A DNA stretch of 40,857 bases from a virus (lineage: Duplodnaviria; Caudoviricetes): positions 1-40,857 of IMG/VR virus record IMGVR_UViG_3300017780_003951, one strand, 5' to 3'. This document shows positions 34,867-40,857 of the stretch, one piece after another (positions within the stretch are counted from its first letter, which is position 1; every line of letters begins with the position of its first letter). The position numbers were made by a program, and so were the translations under genes. Below the pieces are notes generated by a model, which did no database searches, had not been told where the DNA came from, and worked only from the letters and a program-made list of their open reading frames with translations.

Positions 34867-35706
34867 TTAAATTACACTTAATTTTCTTTTAACTTCATGA
34901 GTGACCATTGTCGGCTCTTCTTTTATTTCGGGTGTGATTATATCGGCATCCGTTTTATTTTCTTGTTCAATCATTCCAGTAGCACTATTTGAACCAAATA
35001 AAACTAAGGAACTTTCATAAACGTTTTTAGCTTCATCTATTACGTGGAAATATATAATTTCCTCAAAATCTTCTTTATTAGAAATTAAATCGTAATATTC
35101 TTCATAAACTGCGTTTTGTTTAGCGTAATCGGGGTTATTTGATTTAAAAGCCGTCCTCATCTTAATGTACTGCATCCTAACACTAGCCTCTAATTTATAA
35201 CCATCTTCAAGCCATTGTTTAGCCTCTTTGTTAGCTATTTTGTATTTTGCTACTTTATATATCAAAGAATAAGTTTCCCCTTCGTAAGACTTACCAAGCA
35301 TTGAAAACGGTATTTTAGCCGTCATAAGCTCAACATCTTCTTTCATTGCAATAATTTCAGAACGTTTTAATGTATGGTCAAACACTAAAAACACTTTGCC
35401 TTGTTGCTCTTTTACGGTTTTTTTCCAGTTACCGTCTACGTGCATATCGTTGTGAGAATCCAAAATATTTGAAGAGTTAACAACAAAATAATAATAATTA
35501 TCATCAAATTTTAAACCTTTGTTTGCATCAGAAGTTAAAGCTTTTTCAATTCCTTTTTGGTCGGTTACGATTTGCAATCCTTTATCAATAGATTTGTAAA
35601 TCTGCCCTTTTTTAGCTGTATGAATAAGAGTTTCATTTTCGGCTAGTGCTTTAAATAAATCTTCTTTATTGTCAAAATCTTGCTTTAATTCTTTGCAGTA
35701 TATCAT
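34867..35706 (-). CDS. Probable prohead protease
   Basis: Between portal and capsid; LDSHND, FDH, ESSLVLFGSN. Confidence 0.65.
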   Translation of the reverse strand: MIYCKELKQDFDNKEDLFKALAENETLIHTAKKGQIYKSIDKGLQIVTDQKGIEKALTSDANKGLKFDDNYYYFVVNSSNILDSHNDMHVDGNWKKTVKEQQGKVFLVFDHTLKRSEIIAMKEDVELMTAKIPFSMLGKSYEGETYSLIYKVAKYKIANKEAKQWLEDGYKLEASVRMQYIKMRTAFKSNNPDYAKQNAVYEEYYDLISNKEDFEEIIYFHVIDEAKNVYESSLVLFGSNSATGMIEQENKTDADIITPEIKEEPTMVTHEVKRKLSVI

Positions 35707-35819
35707 TTTTTTACCGTTTTATTTTTTAGTAAAATATTTTTTCTTTGTTCTAATGCTTTTTTCATTTCTGGCGAAATATCTTTATCCTCTAGCATTTTAT
35801 TTATTTCTTTAATATCCAT
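35703..35819 (-). CDS. Small protein, 38 aa (MDIKEINK...)
   Basis: Hand-translated; ATGA overlap with protease gene. Confidence 0.5.
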   Translation of the reverse strand: MDIKEINKMLEDKDISPEMKKALEQRKNILLKNKTVKK

Positions 35820-35824
35820 AATTA

Positions 35825-35998
35825 TTAATTTAAATATTTAATTACCCAAATCAACATCCCGTCGCAAACATTGTTTAAAATCTCTTTTCCTGTAAATAGC
35901 CACATTGGTATTGAAATAAACAGAGATATACAAGCGATTAAAAACATAAAAGGCAATATAAACAATACCGATAATCTTTTAAATATTTTAATATCCAT
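35825..35998 (-). CDS. Small membrane protein, 57 aa (MDIKIFKRLSVLFIL...)
   Basis: Hand-translated; hydrophobic; overlaps portal stop. Confidence 0.45.
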   Translation of the reverse strand: MDIKIFKRLSVLFILPFMFLIACISLFISIPMWLFTGKEILNNVCDGMLIWVIKYLN

Positions 35999-37193
35999 AA
36001 ATTTCTTTTAATTTATTGGTTATAATTGATTGTTCTAATCCTAATTCTTGCGCTATTTTTAAAGACTCTAATTCTTGTTTAGTGTTATTTACCTTTTCAG
36101 CTTCAAATACTGCGTTAAAAGGCAAGTGTTTAAATGAACCTCTGACCTCTTGCTTATCGAAAAGAATTTCTAATAAGTCAGAATGTTGTTGTGCCTTTGG
36201 CATTATCGAATAATCAATAAACGCCCCTATTGCTTTTTCTTTATTCTCGTATGTAGAACCTTTCGAAACAATATCTAAAACGTCCTTAGTCATTCCGTAC
36301 ATATTGCCGATAATGGTTAAATCGGCTAAATAACTATTATCTAAATCTAAACTTTTAAGGTTGCTAACTAACTGTTTAACATCAATCTTTTCTTTAGTAG
36401 CGTAAATCTCTTTATTACCTTGCAAACCTTTTGATATGCTTTGTTGTTCATTTTCGCCCATTGGGGTTGAGAAAACATCTTTGCTATCGTGTTGTCCACT
36501 AACGCTGAATTTTGTCGTATAAAATAAGGTTCTGTTTTTAGCTTTTAAACTTAACTCACTATTTTTAACTACTTGATACAGCGCGTCTAAACGACTATTC
36601 CCTCCTAACCAATCACCACTAATAGAAGTACTTAAATCTGATAAAATATGTAAGTTAGCTAGTTCTAAAGTTTGCCATTCTGCATTTTCATTAAACTTAG
36701 CTTTAAACTGCCCTTTTTTAGATTGTTTAGCTGTAAAACTAGAGAATGAATACTTGTTTATAGCTTTTAACTGTTCGTCTTTAATATCCATGTATAATGG
36801 ATTTAAACAATACAGTACGTCTTTTTCCTTGTAAATATATGCGTTTCCTAAATCTCTCCAGAAAGAAACATCATAATGAAAATCAATCCATGTTTGATGC
36901 GGGTTAGGACGTTCCATTTCCGAATAAAGGAAATCAGTTTCGATTAATTTGTCGTTACTCCATTCGTTAAACTTAATTTGCGAATAAATATCGGCACGAA
37001 ATCCAACAACTTTTAACAAAGCAGGATTGTAAAGTGCCTCATGTAATTGTTTCTTAACACAATTAAACCCCTTTTTTGAGTCTTGACCTGTAAAGAAATC
37101 TTTAACGGCATACCACCAATCCCCGTTTGCATTCCTTTCAACGTAGTTAGGTAGTTTGTTATTCCCGAATGATAAATTAAAGCCGAATCCCAT
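35988..37193 (-). CDS. Portal protein
   Basis: PNPHQTW...GNAYIY...LNP, GNSRLDAL, STYENKEKA. Confidence 0.85.
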   Translation of the reverse strand: MGFGFNLSFGNNKLPNYVERNANGDWWYAVKDFFTGQDSKKGFNCVKKQLHEALYNPALLKVVGFRADIYSQIKFNEWSNDKLIETDFLYSEMERPNPHQTWIDFHYDVSFWRDLGNAYIYKEKDVLYCLNPLYMDIKDEQLKAINKYSFSSFTAKQSKKGQFKAKFNENAEWQTLELANLHILSDLSTSISGDWLGGNSRLDALYQVVKNSELSLKAKNRTLFYTTKFSVSGQHDSKDVFSTPMGENEQQSISKGLQGNKEIYATKEKIDVKQLVSNLKSLDLDNSYLADLTIIGNMYGMTKDVLDIVSKGSTYENKEKAIGAFIDYSIMPKAQQHSDLLEILFDKQEVRGSFKHLPFNAVFEAEKVNNTKQELESLKIAQELGLEQSIITNKLKEIYGY

Positions 37194-37295
37194 ATAACAA
37201 ATAAAGCCTTGTACTAATGAAGTTAATCAATAGCGTAAGGCTCTTTTTTTAATAAAATTAATATTCCCATGTTATCGCAACATTAGATTTAGACA

Positions 37296-37303
37296 CAAAT
37301 ATA
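37296..37303 (-). promoter_or_regulatory. Putative -7 promoter element TATATTTG for the structural operon
   Basis: TAnnTTTG in the terminase-portal gap. Confidence 0.55.
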
Positions 37304-37332
37304 TAATAAAATATTGATATACAAGTAAAAAG

Positions 37333-38886
37333 TTAAACAATTTTTATAACTCCTATTTGTTGAAGATACAAAGCTACGTATCTAATAGGGTCAATTAAGT
37401 GATTATCCGTATCGATTGGGTCGTCTAAAACTTTTCCGTTACTATCTTTGCTCCTGCTGTAATTCTCTTGCTCGTACTTTATGTTTTTGCTTGTGTGTGT
37501 GTAAAAAACCTGTAAATTTTCTAATAAATCAACCCCGTCAATTATAGAATTTGGTTTTTTTGATATTGCGATTGCGTTTTCCCATCCAGAATCTCTTAAT
37601 GCTAATATTTTTAAAGGCCTATTGCTGTCGCAAATCAAATATTTATCTTTTAAAACATTTAATTTAGTAAAAATCCAACTAACAAAACCTTCATTTTCTT
37701 TTTTGATATTTGTACGCTCTTGAATAGATAATTTATTTTTCCATTCATCCTCACTGTCGTAGTTTAATTCATGGCAATACAAACAACCGTCAATGTATTT
37801 TATTTCTACAATTCCAAATTTATCAACTTTACCCCAGTCTACCCCATACATAAAAGTATTGGTATTTAGTTTTAGGTACTCGCTATAATTTATTTCTTCC
37901 CAGTTAAAAATTCTATCCGGTCTTTCTGCTTTAATTCCTAAGCCGTAAATGTCCCATTTTACAATACTAGCACTCCTTTTTTCTTCATTAATAAGACACC
38001 TTGAAAGTTCTTTAACTTGTCTTTGTGTAAAGTTTAAAGGATTTTTTTCTAAATCATAATTATAACAATCTACTTCTTCTATGAGTTTTAATTCAACCGC
38101 TTCCGAACGTTTAACAGGTTGATAACCTAAAATCTTAGCCCTTTGCTCAATAGGACAAAACGGGTTGTCTTTAAATGTTGAATGAATAACCAAACAACGT
38201 TGATCTTTTTGTATATCGTCGCTCCAATGATCTTTTTTAGGATTCAAATCGATAAACATAAAATCAGACGTACGCATATCAATCTGGTCTACCGTGTCTT
38301 TACTAATTTTATAAGGCTCATTTAACCAGCTTGCGTCTTGTTCTAATCCATGTACCGCTTCTTCATCATCTGTTCCGTGTATTTCAAAAGTTGAATTTGT
38401 TGAATAAGTAAATATAGACTCTGTTTTATTGAAAGATTGATTAACTTCGTATCGTCCTGTTTTTCTTAAATGCTTTTTAGCATCGTTTAAAACGGTTTTC
38501 TTGCAATCTGTTTTTGTATCTCTCCAAACTGTTAACCTTTTATTTTCGTTTGAGCGTGCATAAAGGTCATAACAATCAATTAAAGATATTGTTTTACTTG
38601 AACGTGAAGAGCCTCTATTTAAAATGTATTTATAACGATTATATAGATTATCTGTTCCAAACTCTTGTAATTTATTTATATCACACAAATAACTAATATC
38701 AGAATAAACATCTAGACGGTACTTTGACAAATCAACTTTTTTTTCATCAAGCAGTTTGTAATCCCCTGTGTTTTTATTAAGGACGTAAAACTCAAAAATG
38801 CTATCTTGTTTTTGTTTAACAAAATAACATTTTAAATTTATCGCTTCCCAATTCTTTTGAAATACAACAGTTCCGTTAATCGTCAT
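37333..38886 (-). CDS. terL: Terminase large subunit
   Basis: Walker A GSSRSSKT, Walker B WLNE, DLNP, HSTFKDNPF, nuclease GVDWG and DNHLIDPIRY. Confidence 0.92.
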   Translation of the reverse strand: MTINGTVVFQKNWEAINLKCYFVKQKQDSIFEFYVLNKNTGDYKLLDEKKVDLSKYRLDVYSDISYLCDINKLQEFGTDNLYNRYKYILNRGSSRSSKTISLIDCYDLYARSNENKRLTVWRDTKTDCKKTVLNDAKKHLRKTGRYEVNQSFNKTESIFTYSTNSTFEIHGTDDEEAVHGLEQDASWLNEPYKISKDTVDQIDMRTSDFMFIDLNPKKDHWSDDIQKDQRCLVIHSTFKDNPFCPIEQRAKILGYQPVKRSEAVELKLIEEVDCYNYDLEKNPLNFTQRQVKELSRCLINEEKRSASIVKWDIYGLGIKAERPDRIFNWEEINYSEYLKLNTNTFMYGVDWGKVDKFGIVEIKYIDGCLYCHELNYDSEDEWKNKLSIQERTNIKKENEGFVSWIFTKLNVLKDKYLICDSNRPLKILALRDSGWENAIAISKKPNSIIDGVDLLENLQVFYTHTSKNIKYEQENYSRSKDSNGKVLDDPIDTDNHLIDPIRYVALYLQQIGVIKIV

Positions 38887-39313
38887 CTTCTAAAGGTTTT
38901 GAAATACTGACTTCTATTTTTGTGTTTGTATTAACGTCTTTACCGTTAGTAGTAATATCGGTTTGTTGCTTGTCCGTAAAATTATGATTATTCTTTAAAA
39001 TAAAGATTGCCATTGTAGGGTTTGCGTCTCCATCAAGGCCTTGTTTTACTAATCTATTTTTAACAATATCCTTAGCCTTTTTAATTGATTTAAAAACAAC
39101 ATCAGGAAACTTATTTAAAAGATAAGAAATAAGCTCTTCATATTCTCCAACTTCCACCACTGCTTCTGATAGGCTTCTGCATTTAGGATTGTCTTTTACG
39201 TATTTTAATATATCGTCAAAAAACATATCAGTTTTTACTAAATCCCACTTTTCAGCGTTGGTGTTACCGTCTGGAGCGCCACCTTTATTTTTTTCTTCTG
39301 TACTGTATGCCAT
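38876..39313 (-). CDS. terS: Terminase small subunit
   Basis: GGAPDGNTNAEK, MAIFILKN, DITTNGKD; overlaps terL. Confidence 0.82.
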   Translation of the reverse strand: MAYSTEEKNKGGAPDGNTNAEKWDLVKTDMFFDDILKYVKDNPKCRSLSEAVVEVGEYEELISYLLNKFPDVVFKSIKKAKDIVKNRLVKQGLDGDANPTMAIFILKNNHNFTDKQQTDITTNGKDVNTNTKIEVSISKPLEDDD

Positions 39314-39406
39314 ATTACTTTATTTTAAACCTATAATCTTTTTTTTATTGGTTTTATGTAATTATAAATTTCTTTAGCGTAAATTAACCACGTTTTGTAA
39401 AAGGAT

Positions 39407-39601
39407 TCATAATTGCTCTGTTATTTTTAATTTATATTTTGTAAAAAACTTACAATAAAAAAAGATTAAATAAGCTTTTAAAATATTATATTTTTTAGGT
39501 TGTTTATTTACAAATAAATTAATTTTATTACCTATAAAATTAAACATATAAATTTTTAAATATGTTTTATGAACTAATACTTCTATATAAACTTTTTTCA
39601 T
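39407..39601 (-). CDS. Possible hypothetical protein, 64 aa
   Basis: ORF track; very AT-rich. Confidence 0.35.
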   Translation of the reverse strand: MKKVYIEVLVHKTYLKIYMFNFIGNKINLFVNKQPKKYNILKAYLIFFYCKFFTKYKLKITEQL

Positions 39602-39605
39602 TACT

Positions 39606-39797
39606 CTAATATTGTATTAATAAACAAATTAAATCATTTTTCTCGCACTCTAAATATAATTCAGCACTTATATATAAATACTCTTTATGTATCGGATCTA
39701 TTACAATTATTTGTTTAGCGTTAGGATATTTAGATAAATCTATTCCTTTTTCTAAAAAATGAATTCTTGATATGTATTCGTATTTTAATTTTTTCAT
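39606..39797 (-). CDS. Hypothetical protein, 63 aa
   Basis: ORF track; tight packing. Confidence 0.55.
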   Translation of the reverse strand: MKKLKYEYISRIHFLEKGIDLSKYPNAKQIIVIDPIHKEYLYISAELYLECEKNDLICLLIQY

Positions 39798-39798
39798 A

Positions 39799-40050
39799 TC
39801 AATTCTCGCATCTAATAAATCTTGCGTTTGGTGTAGGTTTCCATATTGGTTTTCCAGTAACGCAATCTAATTCTATATTTTCAAAATAAGTATAATCACG
39901 CCCTAATTCTGGTGGTGGTAATTGTGATTTTTGATCTATCATAGGAATGTAAAACGTTGCTAAATTGCACATACAAGGTTGTTGTGTTTGAACTTCTGGT
40001 TTAGAACAACCTATTAAGGTTATTGCTAATAATAATATTATTTTTTTCAT
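39799..40050 (-). CDS. Small lipoprotein
   Basis: MKKIILLLAITLIG-C lipobox. Confidence 0.75.
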   Translation of the reverse strand: MKKIILLLAITLIGCSKPEVQTQQPCMCNLATFYIPMIDQKSQLPPPELGRDYTYFENIELDCVTGKPIWKPTPNARFIRCEN

Positions 40051-40076
40051 AATGAGTGCAATTTACGTATTATTTT

Positions 40077-40397
40077 TTAATTATTGAAATTTATTTTACT
40101 TTCGAAACTTTGGCACGCAAATTCGAAATATGGTTTTCTTTCTTTTTTTATTACTGGATAAAGTACTGGTTGGTTAAATGCTATTAGTAAATCTTTGTAA
40201 TTATAAACTCTTACACTTTGTCTTGCTTTTTCGCAATACTCTTTTTCTACTGGTTTTAAATTACATTCGTTTAGTATCACAGCAACATGATTTACGCTGT
40301 GTTTTGTCATTTCAGAGATTTCCCTTACTGAATAGTTTCTTTTTTCTAAATTTAAAACTACTGGCTTGCCTTTGTAGTTTTTTAATATTGTTGTCAT
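40077..40397 (-). CDS. Hypothetical protein, possible HTH (YSVREISEMTKHSVNHV)
   Basis: Motif resemblance only. Confidence 0.6.
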   Translation of the reverse strand: MTTILKNYKGKPVVLNLEKRNYSVREISEMTKHSVNHVAVILNECNLKPVEKEYCEKARQSVRVYNYKDLLIAFNQPVLYPVIKKERKPYFEFACQSFESKINFNN

Positions 40398-40591
40398 GGT
40401 TTTTTAAATATTTTTATAAATATAAATACTCCGCAACTTATCCAAAGTAAGTTGTGTATTACTAACAAAAAAACAGTACTAGAATCACTCCACTCATTTA
40501 CGTTAAAATTAAATTCTACACTAGCAAATGCTAAATAAAACATTATACTTATTTGAATAGCAAATAAAAACATTTTTAGTATTTGTTTCAT
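40394..40591 (-). CDS. Small two-TM membrane protein
   Basis: Two hydrophobic segments; ATGA coupling at both ends. Confidence 0.65.
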   Translation of the reverse strand: MKQILKMFLFAIQISIMFYLAFASVEFNFNVNEWSDSSTVFLLVIHNLLWISCGVFIFIKIFKKP

Positions 40592-40761
40592 AGCTTATGT
40601 ATTTCTTCTTTTACTTCTTGGTAGTGATTTATTTTTGCAAGACTTTTAAAGTCTTCATAACCTACTTCTATTGAATTTATAATTTCATCTACGCAAATTA
40701 ACGCTAATATTTTTAAGCCAAACTTATCTACTAACTCTACAGCTTCTTCTCTTGCACTCAT
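40588..40761 (-). CDS. Hypothetical protein, 57 aa (MSAREEAVELV...HYQEVKEEIHKL)
   Basis: Hand-translated; tandem paralog of the end-spanning gene. Confidence 0.75.
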   Translation of the reverse strand: MSAREEAVELVDKFGLKILALICVDEIINSIEVGYEDFKSLAKINHYQEVKEEIHKL

Positions 40762-40796
40762 AGCTTATGTATTTCTTCTTTTACTTCTTGGTAGTG
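40588..40796. repeat. 39-bp perfect direct repeat (40588-40626 and 40758-40796)
   Basis: TCATAGCTTATGTATTTCTTCTTTTACTTCTTGGTAGTG occurs twice. Confidence 0.95.
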
Positions 40797-40857
40797 TTTA
40801 TAGATAGTTGTGTTTACTCCGCCTAATAATTTATAATGACTTTTTAATATTTTATCA
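40758..40857 (-). CDS. C-terminal part of the end-spanning gene (DKILKSHY...HYQEVKEEIHKL)
   Basis: Continues the ORF at 126..1 if 2 nt are restored. Confidence 0.7.
   Translation of the reverse strand, partial: DKILKSHYKLLGGVNTTIYKHYQEVKEEIHKL

Noticed and set aside
37200-37300. Third kissing-loop leader before the portal gene
   Set aside because: Two hairpins follow a promoter box, but their loops (GCGAT, TTAACT) are not complementary.
38635-38830. Intein in TerL (segment starts with Cys, ends with Asn)
   Set aside because: Too short, no His-Asn end, and the next residue is Arg rather than Cys/Ser/Thr.
466-40450. Short antisense or nested track ORFs (e.g. 466, 5103, 5535, 8366, 11319, 17132, 17524, 20199, 22651, 25173, 29831, 30779, 31195, 31750, 32623, 33379, 34143, 34410, 36016, 38514, 39189, 40178)
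   Set aside because: Opposite to or overlapping motif-supported genes, with no recognisable features.
1-40857. Integrase, repressor, tRNA or reverse transcriptase
   Set aside because: No ORF shows tyrosine/serine recombinase, CI-type or RT motifs and no cloverleaf was seen by eye; an HMM and tRNAscan search is needed to be definitive.

Overview
Near-complete genome of an AT-rich tailed (siphovirus-like) phage, most likely infecting a Flavobacterium/Bacteroidetes host. Host inference rests on TAnnTTTG promoter boxes, A-rich starts without Shine-Dalgarno, a DUF3127-type SSB and a VirE-type primase-helicase. The window ends join inside one gene with apparently 2 nt missing, so this is essentially the whole circularly permuted chromosome. 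The minus strand carries the packaging/head/tail/lysis block (39.3-16.9 kb) and the recombination/replication block (11.1-0.1 kb: exonuclease, SSB, SF2 helicase, primase-helicase, putative origin, VRR-NUC, adenine MTase, hexapeptide-repeat protein). One plus-strand block (11.2-16.9 kb) carries accessory genes. No integrase, repressor, RT or tRNA is recognisable. The standout is an integron-like cassette array at 12580-16611. Eight genes, including a C5 methyltransferase, are each bracketed by their own inverted repeat (GTTAG-x ... x'-CTAAC). Six of the spacers are sequence-divergent but length-conserved (128-131 bp) hairpins (CTAACG-arm-loop-arm'-TGTTRG). An invariant G.T pair sits at stem position 11, start codons lie inside hairpin loops, polarity appears inverted relative to classical integrons, and the phage encodes no recognisable site-specific recombinase. 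A second signal is two promoter-proximal leaders sharing a kissing-loop architecture without sharing sequence. All product calls come from motif recognition, not database searches.
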